A stretch of 64,000 bases of DNA from the human T2T-CHM13v2.0 reference genome, Homo sapiens. Shown here piece by piece: positions 38,224-50,292 of the stretch. Numbering within the stretch: the stretch's first letter is position 1; the number at the start of each line of letters is the position of its first letter. Position numbers and translations under genes: made by a program. The notes beneath the pieces are model-generated. The model saw only the letters and a list, made by a program, of their open reading frames with translations, was not told the DNA's origin and searched no databases. The stretch is from the NCBI RefSeq assembly GCF_009914755.1, contig NC_060927.1; one strand, written 5' to 3'.

Positions 38224-39134
38224 TCACAGAAGAGGAAACTTTCAATAAGCTAACACAAAAAGCAACAAAGGGATGAACATTCATTATTACGAAATAAAAA
38301 TGAGGTTATCTGAAATATACATTTAAAGTATAAAAATAAAAGTCATAATTATCAAAACTTACTGATTCTCTTTTTTCTGTATATTTTCTCTAAATATTAT
38401 AAAAACAGTAGAGGCTAGTTTTGTAAAAGAATTCCCATTGTGCAAAAGAAAAGCTACATCCAAGTGTAGAACTCAGCTTGCCAGTTTTGAAGACAAAACT
38501 TTAAAGTTATTTAGGATACCTATCTGAACATAGTTAAACTAAAATCACTATAAATATTATTTTCATATCTTTTGAAAAGTAGCAAATATCAGGATTCTGG
38601 CACCATGAAGTAAAGGAAGGTAGATATATCTATCAAAACAATAGTAGCTAAAGTTGTTGAAACAAGCTAAAACTTAAATGCTATTTTAACAAGATCTCTA
38701 GGGCATAGTGTTTAACTTATGAGGCATTTAGAAATGTCTGTTTTAAATAGATCAATATAAAATTTTGTGGTTAGTACACAAAATATTATTTAGGGTAAAA
38801 TGAATCTCTATTGGTCTCTTAAAACAAATTGCCCTTATTTTAACAAAAAAATGTCTACAGAGGATTTTATAAATCTACACACATATAAATGTATAGTTAC
38901 TAAATTTTGTAGTTGCCTAAAATTGTCATTGATTTTTTCCAAGATCATAAAGTTCACTCTGGACATATGTTCCCCAGCTAGAGAAAACTCTTCCCACACT
39001 TCCTTGTAGCTAAGTAGGGCCTTATGACTTCATTTAATTAAATATAAATGAAAAGTTTTAAATTGCTTGGTCTTGCCTGCATTCTTTTTAGTTTACATAA
39101 AGTAGAACAGTAATGTGCCTATGATCTAGCTTTG

Positions 39135-39572
39135 ACTTTTGAGGTATATTTTACATAATGTAAAATGTATAAATTTTAAGTGGAGCATTCTGACAAAATA
39201 TATACACCCATCTAACTATCACTCAATTGAGATGTGGAACATTTTCATTACTTCTAAAATTTTCTTATGCCACTTTTTCATCCGTGTGGTTTCATGTTTC
39301 AGTAGGTTCTTTTTTTATTTCTTTGTGTATTTTCATCTATTCGCCTATTAATGGGAATTTGGGTTGTTTCTAGTTTATGGCTATAATGAGAAGAGCTACT
39401 ATACTATATTCTTGTTAAAATTTTTGTATAAACATATGTTTCCACTTTTCCCAAACAAATATGTAGAATTGCTGGGCTATGGGAAGAGTATGTTTAACTA
39501 TTATAAAAACTCTCAGAACAATTTCCAAAGTGCTGTACCATTTTAGATTCCCACCTGCAACATATATAAGAG
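39135..39572 (-). mobile_element. Old L1 (L1ME/L1MC-type) 3' fragment, apparently inside an old MLT1 LTR
   Basis: 'aatgggaatttgggttgtttctagtt...gaattgctgggctatggg...tttccaaagtgctgtaccattttagattcccacc'. MLT1-like flanks at ~38965-39130 and ~39575-39715. Confidence 0.78.
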
Positions 39573-39715
39573 CAAGCTTTTATCATGCAGATGATGACAA
39601 TGCCCTAAGGGATGAAGAAGCAACTATATGGGAATAAACTTGGTCCCTGAATTGGGCCATAATCTCCCACCAGCTTGGCCTATTTACCTTGGCTCTTTTC
39701 CATAAAACAGATGGA

Positions 39716-39942
39716 CAGTGAGATGCTGAGGGGGTAAGCAATGTGTTTAGTCTACTCAGTGTAGGTACGAATGGGGTACATATTTTGTAGTGAATGTCTA
39801 AATAATAAAATCAACTAAAATCCCATCTGCCTTTAAAAAAAAAAGTCACCGTGTATTACATTACTAAACAATGTCAGGGAAGAAACTACTTCTTCCCACC
39901 GGGGCATACCATTCATATACCCCCGCCCTTGGTATGTCACTG
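39716..39942. mobile_element. MER97-like hAT-Tip100 MITE
   Basis: Ends 'cagtgagatgctgaggggg' and 'cccgcccttggtatgtcactg'. Internal 'aataataaaatcaactaaaa...ctaaacaatgtcag'. Confidence 0.6.
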
Positions 39943-40802
39943 AAATAAATGACTGTCTTGCTCAAGCCACTGTATATTTTCAAAATTTACTTATTCTTGA
40001 TCTTTTTCTTTAAAATAGCTGAATTTGAGGTATACATACTATCTTAAAACTATGCATATACTGTATTAACATTTGACATTACTGATACATACAAATTAGT
40101 TAACATTTAGGGCACATTCTTAAACATGAGATATGAACTGCAATTAATCAGCACTAGTAGCCTATTATCTACTTTTTATATTACACAGTCAGAATACTTT
40201 CTACTGGACTGATGAATACTTTCATAAAAATTTAGGGATACCTGACTTCTACAATGGAGACCTACATTACACAGTAGGATTTTAGGCAATCATCCTGATA
40301 TCCCTGAGCAGTAGAGCTTATCTCAGTAGCACTTATTGAACACCATATCACCAGGCACACAAATATACAACCTCTCTTTATAAATTCTCTCTCAGCTTGA
40401 ACAAATAAAGTAAATGCAACACCCACATCAAACTTCATCCACAGCACTTTACTCTCTTGCCCAATGGCCTTGATATCTGGCTGCCTTTAGCACCTTTACT
40501 TCAACTTTAGGATTAAATATGTCTTCACTTTTGAGTTACAACTGTGGCTTCTCATAGGTGTAGTTTCTTAGGTTTTTTTTTTTTTTTCCAAGATAAGGAC
40601 ATATCCATAGACTAGATTAGTGTACTCCAAACCTACTCACCATTGGTGATACAAAACTAACATCTGCATGAGTGGAAGAAAGTAGGTACAAGAAAATCCT
40701 TGCTATTCTTTATGGAGTTTGGTTAACAGAATTTGTTACTTTTTAGACCTCTAATTATAGGATAAAAATCAATTTGAAAAAAACCTACCTGCTTTAAAAA
40801 TG

Positions 40803-40804
<2 letters not shown>

Positions 40805-40851
<47 letters not shown>
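40805..40851. repeat. (TG)n microsatellite
   Basis: Direct reading of the sequence. Confidence 0.98.
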
Positions 40852-40853
<2 letters not shown>

Positions 40854-40859
40854 CTCTAG

Positions 40860-41405
40860 CCTATATACTCCCGGCCAAGTCCTCCGGGATCACATCTGTA
40901 GTTGAACAAATTTTTTTTTAATTTATTCCAGAAAGGTAAACAACTTTCATCAACTATTGACAGACATTTCAGTAAGTGTGTAAGAAGGGACTATTAACAG
41001 ATTTGAGCTTGTTTTAGGTGACTTGGGGGAACGTTTAAAGACATGTGACTTTACTATGAATAGCATATTGTCATGAAGTAAAATTTTTTGAACATTTTAA
41101 TGGAGCTTATCTAGAAGCAAAGGCTAAGAAAAATTAACATAATAATTCAAAAAGGAGAAGCTGTAACATATTAAACAGAATAAGGAGCATGGTTAGTCGT
41201 TTTTATGACATAGGTATGTGATTCACAATTTTGTCTGTGTTCAGACATGATTATAACGTGGTCTTTTTTCATTTGTTTCAATCTATCACACTCACAGAGT
41301 GTTCTTGTCTAATGCTGATGTTCTGAGAAATTGTGTTCAACAGGACATTGAGCTCTATCTATGAGCACCAGGTCAGCTCCTTGATATCCGTAGTGGCTTT
41401 TGTTC
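40860..41405 (-). mobile_element. MER90-like ERV1 solo LTR
   Basis: 'ctgtagttgaacaa...ttttgtctgtgttcagacatgatta...tcacagagtgttcttgtctaatgctgatgttctgagaaattg...caggtcagctcc'. Confidence 0.65.
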
Positions 41406-41406
41406 T

Positions 41407-41879
41407 GTGACATTGGTTTCCCGTGCTGCCATAGCAAATTATCACAAAATTAGTGGCATAAAATATAAAATTGTTTTTCATTTATGTAGGTCAGGAGTCC
41501 AAGTCAAAATAAAGGTGTCAGCAGGGCTGTTTTCCCATCTGTAGTCTCTAAGGGAGAATTTGTCTCCTTGAATATTCTAGCTTCTAGAGGTCAGCTACAT
41601 GTCTGGATTCTACTTTTTTCCTCCATCTTTAAAGCCAATAACAGCAGGTCAAGTCCTACTCACATCCCATCACTCTGACCTCTGCTAACTCCTTCCACTT
41701 TCATGGACACTTGTGATGACAATGGGCTAACCCAGATAATACAGGCGAATCTTGCCATACCCAGATTCTTAAATGTAATATATCTGCAAGGTCTTCACTG
41801 TCATGTAAGATAATGTATCCACAGGTTCTGGGGGTTAGCACATGTACATCTTTGGGGAACAATTATTCTGCTTAACATA
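41407..41879 (-). mobile_element. MLT1D/MLT1C MaLR solo LTR
   Basis: 'aaggtgtcagcagggctg...cctccatctttaaagcca...cccagataatacagg...tccacaggttctgggggttag...attattctgc'. Confidence 0.85.
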
Positions 41880-41889
41880 TCATCTCACT

Positions 41890-42320
41890 CTGATGCATAA
41901 GACTATTTAAAATAGACAATATACAAGTAGAAAGAGTTCACGTACAAGAAAATACATCCCAATCAAGGGGTCTTGGTTTGGTTGATGAAGTGGTTCAGCA
42001 ATGTCACAGACACAGGTTCTTTTCATCTCTCAGACTTCTTGTCCACTTCATCGTTATCTTCTTATCATTGTTATCTGGGCTTCTGGTACCAATCCAGAGA
42101 ACATCTTTCCTAGTTGTCAATTAAAAAATGAGCAAAGACTGGCTCCCAATGACTCTCTTAACTATGGGAAACTGTTTTTCCAAATTCTCCAGCAAATCAC
42201 TTCTGAGTTGACTGTTTCAAATCACCAAGACCTGCTCACTTTGAATTAATCATTGGCAAGAAGAATGGTCTGACTCTTTAGACGTATCAGTGAGGGTGGA
42301 GTGGGAAATCATTTCAATTT
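41890..42320 (-). mobile_element. Old MLT1 (MLT1J/L-like) LTR fragment
   Basis: 'gtggttcagcaatgtcac...caggttcttttcatctct...ctccagcaaatcacttc...aatcattggcaag'. Confidence 0.5.
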
Positions 42321-43042
42321 TCCTCATCACATAAGGCACTTGGCACCCTTTAATGGAGCTAAATAAGGAATTAAAATTCTAAAAAACATACGAGGTCTGT
42401 TGTTTGGATTGTAAGTCAGATGTGGCCAAACACCAGATTACTACTGATCAGAATATATCTTAGTGAATGGTCACAATAAAGTAATGTGAGAACCTAGGCA
42501 GGTTTTAAAAATTAAAGACATACATAACAAATACCCAGCTTGGTGCAAACAAACTGGGACTATTAATCAGTAATTAATAGAATACTTAAGAACTAGAAGT
42601 CATAAGTATCAATAGGCAGGACAAACAGTTTAATTCAATAGACTCAGTAGTCAATAAGAAGAGACAGGGCATTGAATAGCCAGAGGCAAAGCTTTAATAA
42701 CAATAAGGCCTTATAACTGAGACTATCTTCTTTCTTAGTCCAGTGCCTGGCACACAGAAATTGCTTAATAAATATTCTCAGGTCTAATGTAATTAATAGA
42801 CTTTAACATAAGAACTTGTGTTAGGGTTCACTTAGAGGGATAGAACTAATAGGATATATGGGGGTTTATTAAGTATTAACTTATGTGATCTCAAGATCCC
42901 ACAATAGGCTGTCTGCAAGCTGAGGAGCAAGGAGAGCCAGTCTGAGCCCCAAAACTGAAGAACTTGGAGTTTGATGTCCGAGGGTGGGAAACATCCAGCA
43001 TGGGTGAAAGATATAGGCTGGGAGGCTAGGCCCATCTCGTCA

Positions 43043-44472
43043 TGAGAGGTGACTGTGTGCTGGCAGCCCTCACAGCCCTCGCTCGCTCTCGGTGCCTCCT
43101 CTGCCTGGGCTCCCACTTTGGTGGCACTTGAGGAGCCCCTCAGCCCACCGCTGCACTGTGGGAGCCCCTTCCTGGGCTGGCCGAGGCCGGAGCCGGCTCC
43201 CTCAGCTTGCAGGGAGGTGTGGAGGGAGAAGCGTGGGAGGGAACCGGGGCTGCACGCCAAGCTTGCGGGCCAGATGGAGTTCCGGGTGGGCCTGGGCTTG
43301 GCGGCCCGGCACTCGGAGCAGCCTGCTGGCACTGCCTCCCTGGGCAATGAGGAGCTTAGCACCCCGGCCAGCGGCTGCAGGGGGTGTGCTGGGGCCCCCA
43401 GCAGTGCTGGCCCATGGGTGCTGCGCTCGATTTCTCGTGGTGCCTTAGCTGCCTTCCCGTGGGGCAGGGCTCGGGACCTGCAGCCCACGATGCCTGAGCC
43501 TCCCACCCCCTCCGAGGGTTCCTGTGCGGCCTGAGCCTCCCCAAGGAGCGCCGCCCCCTGCTCCATGGCACCCAGTCCCATCGACCACCCAAGGGCTGAG
43601 GAGTGCGGGCGCACGGCATGGGACTGGCAGGTAGCTCCACCTGCAGCCCCCGAGCGGGATCCACTGGGTGAAGCCAGCTGGGCTCCTGAGTCTGGTGGGG
43701 ATGTGGAGAACCTTTATGTCTAGCTCAGGGATTGTAAATACATCAGTCGGCACTCTGTATCTAGCTCAAGGTTTGTAAACACACCAGTCAGCACCCTGTG
43801 TCTAGCTCAGGGTTTGTGAATGCACCAGTCGACACTCTGTATCTAGCTACTCGGGTGGGGCCTTGGAGAACCTCTGTGTCGACACTCTGTATCTAGCTAA
43901 TCTGGTGGGGACGTGGAGAACCTTTGTGTCTAGCTCAGGGACTGTAAATGCAGCAATCAGCACCCTGTCAAAACAGACCACTCGGCTCTACCAATCAGCA
44001 GGACGTGGGTGGGGCCAGATAAGAGAATAAAAGCAGGCTGCCGAGGCAGCAGTGGCAACCTGCTCAGGTCCCCTTCCACACTGTGGAAGCTTTGTTCTTT
44101 CACTCTTTGCAATAAATCTTCCTGCTGCTGCTCACTCTTTGGGTCGACACTGCTTTTATGAGCTGTAACACTCACCGCGAAGGTCTGCAGCTTCACTCCT
44201 GAAGCCAGCGAGACCACGAGCCCACCGGGAGGAAAGAGCAACTCCAGACTTGCCACCTTAAGGGCTGTAACACTCACGGGGAAGGTCTGCAGCTTCACTC
44301 CTGAGCCAGCGAGACCACGAACCCACCAGAAGGAAGAAACTCCGAACACATCCGAACATCAGAAGGAACAAACTCCAGACGCGCCACCTCAAGAGCTGTA
44401 ACACTCACCGCGAGGGTCCACGGCTTCATTCTTGAAGTCAGTGAGACCAAGAACCCACCAATTCCAGACACA
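43043..44472 (+). mobile_element. LTR12C (ERV9) solo LTR, full length
   Basis: Start 'tgagaggtgactgtgtgctggcagccctc', GC-rich U3, tandem 'tctagct...cactctg' enhancer repeats, three U5 'gtaacactcac' repeats, end 'ccaattccagacaca'. Perfect TSD gtca at 43039-43042 and 44473-44476. Confidence 0.97.
43985..44040 (+). promoter_or_regulatory. LTR12C core promoter: CCAAT (43991-43995), GT/GC box, GATA (AGATAAG), TATA-like AATAAAA
   Basis: The motifs are read directly. The ERV9/LTR12 NF-Y, Sp1 and GATA promoter architecture is established knowledge. Activity of this copy is not shown. Confidence 0.6.
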
Positions 44473-44939
44473 GTCACTTCATGTTTGTCTGCCTGCTTTA
44501 AATTGGCTGGTGGCTGATTAGATGGTGTCCGTCCAATTAAAGGTGGGTCTGCCTTCCCCAGCCCACTGACTCAAAAATGTTAACCGCCTTTGGCAACACC
44601 CTCACAGGCACACCCAGGATCAATATTGCATCCTTCAATCCAATCAAGTGGACACTCAGTATTAACCATCACAGAACTTATTCTGAAGTGCTGCTAAGCT
44701 GGAATGTTGAGCTGAAATAAGATAAATTGAGATCACCTGTAACTTGTAGGCTATGAGGCTTATTATGCCAGGAAGCAAGAATGAGGAGGGATAGTGCAGG
44801 TAGCACAAATTGATAATACTTTCTCTCAAACTCAGCAGGAAATAAGAGCTTGTTTCTGTATTTTTTTAGTTAAACTGTTATACTTTAGTTTGCATTTGTT
44901 GCTGAAAAGAAGAAAGAAGAACAACAATATACTAAAGAG

Positions 44940-46525
44940 AATTCCAGTTTCTGGTCCAGCATGTAAGGAGCTTCGAAGTCACCACCCCATACTAACAGCA
45001 AGTAAAAAGCCAAACAAATGGAAAAATCAACACCTCTTCTTAGATTCCTCAGATAAGTGAGGTTGTAGGCCAAACCACTGCTCCTAAAGCTGGAGAGACA
45101 GGTAGACGGAGAGAATCATAACTTACACGAGCAGAAACCCCTGCATGAACAACTAGCTGCGTGGATAGGAAAACCTCAACTAGTGATTGACCATTTATTG
45201 TAGACTCACTGTGGTCAAATCCAGGAGTTAAAAACTCCAGGGGCACCAGTTATGAGAGGTCCCCTACACTTCTGTGAGTTTTCCCTCTGGGAGCTCTACC
45301 AGGTTCTCACAGTAAATATTGGAGACGAATCCCCTTCATACTTCCAGCACAAAGAGGGGAAAAAAGTAACCATTGAAATATACCAGAGTATCCTGGTTTT
45401 CTTAACAAAGCCTGCCCTCAGGAAACAGTTTCTTACTAGAGCTTAAACTACTGGGATTTTACCAGAGCCTAATCAGCCTGTGGAAAAATAAATATCCAAC
45501 ACTAGCCCTCTCTAGTTATTCTGTACTACCTAAGAGTGGGGGGCGGGAGTGGGGGGAAGTAAAGAAAGAACTGAAAACTGCTTGTGAAGTTCACAGCCCA
45601 AGGGCTAAAGCTGACTAAAAGATTGACACCTAATCATAAGACTACAGAACATTTTCCCTCTCTCCACCCCTTACCACTACATTACTGAAGGCCTTTTTTT
45701 TTTAATTTTGTGAACTTATTTTCATGATTGATCTGTTTTTTAAAATTTTATTATTATTATACTTTAAGTTTTAGGGTACATACTAAAGGCTTTTTACAAC
45801 ATTCCTTTTACTTGGTTCCTTCAACCAAGTATATTATGTCCCCTTTCAAAGAAAAAAAATGCAAGGAATACTAAAAGGCAAAAAAAAAATTTTTTTTAAC
45901 TGACATAGCAAGCATAAGTGCTAGACACAGATCTATCAGGGATATTGGAATTATCAGAACATGAGTTTAAAACAACTTTCGTATGCTAAGAGCTCTCATG
46001 GAATGAGACAAAGGCCAGAATAGATAATGTAAGCAAAGAGGTGAAAGGTCTAAGAAAGAATTAAAAAGAAATGCTAGAGATAAAAAAAAAAGGAACAATA
46101 CTGCCAGCACAACAATGCTGTAACATAAACAAAGAATGCTTTCAATAGACTCATCACAGCTGAGAAATAATCTCTGAGCTTAAGGATATGTCAATAAAAA
46201 CTTCCAAAAATGAAAATCCAAGAGAAAAAGACTAAAAGAATGAAACAAAACCCCAAAACCCAGAATAGAATATTCAAGAACTCTGAGACAACTACAAAGA
46301 GTGTAACATACATGTAATAACAATACCATGAGACGAGAAAGGGAAAGGAACAGAAGTAATATTTGAATAAATAATGACTGAGAATTTTCCCTAAATTAAT
46401 GTCAGACACACAATCACAGATCCAGTATGTTCACAGAACACCAAGGAGAAGAAATGTCAACAAACTACATCTAGGCATGTCAAATTAAACTGCAGAAAAA
46501 AACAAAGAAAAATACATTAAAAAGA
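44940..46525 (+). mobile_element. Old L1 (L1MD/L1M4-type) 5' UTR plus degraded ORF1
   Basis: ORF1-like A-rich text 'gggatattggaattatcaga...gaatattcaagaactctgagacaactacaaa...aatatttgaataaataatgactgagaattttcc...acaccaaggagaagaaat'. Confidence 0.8.
45698..45780 (-). mobile_element. Micro L1PA insertion (~27-bp L1 3' end) with a probable 3' transduction
   Basis: 'ttattatactttaagttttagggtaca' is the L1PA 3' terminus. TSD tactgaaggcctttt (45683-45697) / tactaaaggcttttt (45781-45795). Confidence 0.75.
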
Positions 46526-47408
46526 TAATTAAACTGTCCCCAAACGTCCTTCCCATTGGTTTTAGATAGTCTCTTACTATTACAGTATCAATTCATCATT
46601 CTCATCCTAACAAGTAAAACACAAGAGATTATTTACTTAAGTCAAATAAACATTTAGCAAACTATCAGGCATCAGATAAGTTATTTCACACGAATTTGAA
46701 CTTACTGAAATAACTGGCTTTGAATTAAAGCAAACCTGAGTTTTACTTCTTGGTCACACTCTAAACACGTTTGACATTTAAAAAAATACTACCTTAATTT
46801 CACTAAGGCTTTGTTTTTGATGCCATAAAAAAGATAGCAGTATTTATTTAGCAGGACTATTATATAATAAATTATGTCTGTAAAACTAGGTAATATCTAA
46901 TAATAGTAGCTTCTTTGTATACAACAGCTACTCTCTTTAGGAGTAGTGAAAAGTTACAGAAATATAGAAATATGAAGGAAACAGAACAAGAAATATGTTC
47001 CTAATGTTATTTTCTAGCCTTCTAATCATATCTCAATTCCATAAAACTCATTTTGACAGAAAATCCAGTCCCAGTCATTTCAGGCAATCTTACAACAGGG
47101 CAGAGGCCAACATCACAAATCCACTCCAACTGGAGCATTTTCTGTCCTTGATTTCTATTAGACCAGTCTTCTCTCTAGATCATATAAACAGAAGCCTATA
47201 GCATTTCAAAAAATGTCTTGCTGATTCAGCAAGCAGAATAAACATCAGGAAAACAAGAGATAACATTACACAATTAAGCATATGAAGTCATATCTCTAGT
47301 CAAAATTTGATTGCAAAAATCTTTTGGCCCCAAAGGCCAGGAATTCCTCCCAGCATTTCCAGCAATGTTCTCTCCTTGGCCTCTTCTGTAGGGTCAGCAG
47401 CTTTAAGG

Positions 47409-47589
47409 CAATGTGTCTCAACTCTACTTGCATATTGTAATCATCTGGAGTGTTTTTAAATAGACTGCTGCTTGGGCCCTGCCCTCAGAAAATTTGGGCT
47501 TAATTGGTCTCTGGTGAGGCCTTGGGTGTACTGTTGAAGTGAAAGCTCCCCAGGTGATATTAATGAGCATTCAGGGCTCAGAGCCACTG
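47409..47589. mobile_element. MER5 (MER5A1/MER5B) hAT-Charlie MITE
   Basis: 'caatgtgtctcaa...aatcatctggag...aagctccccaggtgatattaatg...gagccactg'. 8-bp TSD-like ctttaagg/atttaaag. Confidence 0.8.
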
Positions 47590-49992
47590 ATTTAAAGCAA
47601 ACTTTTACTTAAGCCTCAGGGCAATTCCTCTGTTCATCCCCGGGCAACACCCTCTGTACTATGAGTCTGTATTCCATTCACTTAGAATTGCCACTTTGCC
47701 TCCTGGGGTCCATGCTCGTTGCCTCGTGCTAGTTTGTTCACTGATATGCTCCCAGTTATTCCTTCCATCGGCTGTGGATTGACTGCTCCACCACTTGTGC
47801 ATCAGTGCATCACTGTATTCCTCGGTTATTCACTGATTCTTGGCATTGAGGAAATGGCTTCTTTGGTGTGGGATTCTCTGCACTGAGGCAAACTATGCGT
47901 TTTAAATGTCAGCTGTTTCTTGAACGAAGGTCACCCAGCTCTAAAGTAGTGTGTAAAATGTGCTCTTCTCTTTAAGGAGATGATGTACATCAAGCACTTT
48001 GCATATGGAAGCACTCAAAAAAGGCCTCCTTTGTGAATAACATTGGTTTCCTTGCCTATATTTTTTACTGGGCTCAGTGTTCTGTGGCTCTGGGGTCAAG
48101 TTCACAAGTACCATAACAATGATCTCTAACAACATTCCTCATGTTACCTGTCTACACTTTAGCTCTAAGATTTATCAGATTTTCTTATTCACTAGGCATA
48201 GTTTAAATCTCTTTTCAATTAAAATGTACAAGTTCTCTTATGTAATTACCAAATTCCTTTGCTCCTAAGAACTCATCCTTTTGGGGTCTCATGGAGGCTG
48301 TGGCCATCACTTTTCTTGCACATAAATAGTGAATTGTCCCTTACCCAAAATGAAAGCAGATCACCTATGAGATTAAAAGGATAGTCTTACTGAAAAACAT
48401 TTCCTCATATTTAATGATAAATATATCCACTCCTACATCAATTTTGGGTTAAACCCTTACTTAGCACTCCACAAAGATAATATTCATGTGTGTCTGAGAA
48501 TTTCTGTATTCACACTTACATTATTATAAGACTTTTCTCCTTTATTTTGTTTGCAAGTTCATTGTAACATAAATACAAAATTCACATTTTTACAAACACT
48601 GTGAGAAATGTTCTAAGAGTCAGTAAGGACAGAGAATTAGCTCTCTTTATTTTGTGATCTGCCTGTGAATAACACCCCCAGCCATTTTCACAAGATGGTA
48701 TATGGTTTTACCTTTGCACAACCCATTATTTTATGAAGCAGTATTATCAGTAAAGAAATATGATTACTACGAAACCACACTGTGAAGACCAGAACTGAAT
48801 GCTACAATAGAAAAGAGGTTTCAATAACCATTCTCAATTTGTTTCCTTTTTCTTTTCCTTATGAAAATCCTAGTAACTAGTATTTTAAATCTAATTATCC
48901 TAGTAATTAGATTTCTAGTAATTAGTCTATCTTTTTAAAATCAGCTCTAACCTGAGATGTCAATGATGTTTAAATTATTTTAGCTGATCAATTTCATAAT
49001 TCAAGATTTGACTTGTCACAGGAGATTCTGAGGAGAATCATGGTTAAGTTCAATAAGAAATTGGTAATAAATGTTTAAGGAGATTTACACACAAAAGTTT
49101 TGACTTGGTTTTCCTCAGTCATAAAATGAACTTTAAGAAGCATCTTTATTTATATTTAGACACATGAAATCATTGTGGCTTACAACCAAAAGAAAAAATT
49201 CTTTTTCTTGCTTATAAAAATTCTTTCAGCCAATGACAGCCCTCAGTATCTAGACTTTGGCTAATATTTTCACTCCACAAATATGAAAAAAAGTTATTCC
49301 TCTCAATGGCAGAGGTGACAAAAACTGGTAGTATGGGTGTCTTTGATATTCTAACAATCTTTCTCTTAACGCTCATTCCCTAAAGACACTACACACCACC
49401 AAATACATGCACACACACAGACATGCACACATACACTGAAAATATATCTGCTAACACACCTTTACCACGTAGGAAGAGCTATTTACAGCTGGGTGGCCCC
49501 GTGAATATGGAAACTCTTTTGTCTCCACAGTTACCTTTTAGACTTTCCCTCCCTTTCTCAGACCTGTGCTGTCGCCTGTTCCTATCCAGAGATGTTCTCT
49601 CAGCTCTCAGTGACCTGTCTGCATAATCTCTCCAGTCCAAAATTACCACAAGTCTTGGCCCTATCCCACCCCCATTTTCAAACAGGCCTTTACTCCAGAG
49701 AGGCCATAGGCAGCTCTTAACAACAGCCTGGTCTAATTTCCCTACAAAAATCCAGATGAATCTATTCCTGCCCATAGTGTATCCAGCCCCTCTCTAATAT
49801 GAAATGCATGTGAATTTTGTCTAGGGAATTAACAGATCCCAGAGGGAGTGCGTCAGTGGTGGGAATGGAAGGCAGAGGCAGTTGACAGTAAAAGTAACTT
49901 TTACAAATGGATTTATGTTTTCATCATGACTTATTGTCCAACCTTCTAAAAATCTAGTATTTTTATGTTACCTTTAAGAATAAGCAAGTGTT

Positions 49993-50292
49993 GCCAGGTA
50001 TGGTTGCACTCTCCTGTAGTCTCAGCTACTCAGGAGGCTGAGGCAGGAGGATTGCTTAAGCCTAGGTGTACTGGGCTGCAATGTGCTATGTCAAGTGGGT
50101 ATCTGCACAAAGTTTGGAATCAATCTGATGAACTCCTGGGAGCCAGGAGACCACTAGGTTGCCTAAGAAGTGGTGAGCTAGCCAAGGTCAGAAAAAAAGC
50201 AGGTCAAAATTTCAGTGCTGATCAGCTGCAGGATTGCACCTGTATATAGTCACTGTCCTCCAGCTTAGGCAACATAGGGAGACCCTATCTCT
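49993..50292 (+). pseudogene. Full-length processed 7SL (SRP RNA) pseudogene, RN7SL family
   Basis: Alu domain plus S domain: 'ctgggctgcaatgtgctatg...gaccactaggttgcctaag...gcaggtcaaaa...gtgctgatcag'. A-rich tail to ~50322. TSD aagaataagcaagtgtt / aaaattaagcaagtatt. Confidence 0.95.

Larger units (their letters stand above)
42817..44673 (-). mobile_element. MLT2A (HERV-L) solo LTR split by LTR12C, pieces 42817-43042 and 44473-44673
   Basis: 'gtcccacaataggctgtctgcaagctgaggagcaagg'-like text and 'ctttggcaacaccctcacaggcacacccaggatcaata...ttaaccatcaca'. Perfect 5-bp TSD gaact at 42812-42816 and 44674-44678. Confidence 0.92.

Noticed and set aside
42832-43614. 260-aa minus-strand ORF, the longest in the track, and overlapping ORFs up to 44477
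   Set aside because: They lie in the GC-rich LTR12C U3/U5 and MLT2A sequence. Stop-poor frames are a generic property of LTR12C, not evidence of a gene.
43700-44420. Regularly spaced repeats resembling a CRISPR array
   Set aside because: These are the intrinsic U3 and U5 tandem repeats of LTR12C. There are no unique spacers or cas genes, and the DNA is primate.
47680-47941. Possible minus-strand exon with moderately GC-rich sequence
   Set aside because: All three frames contain early stops and the splice signals are weak, so it cannot be supported from sequence alone.
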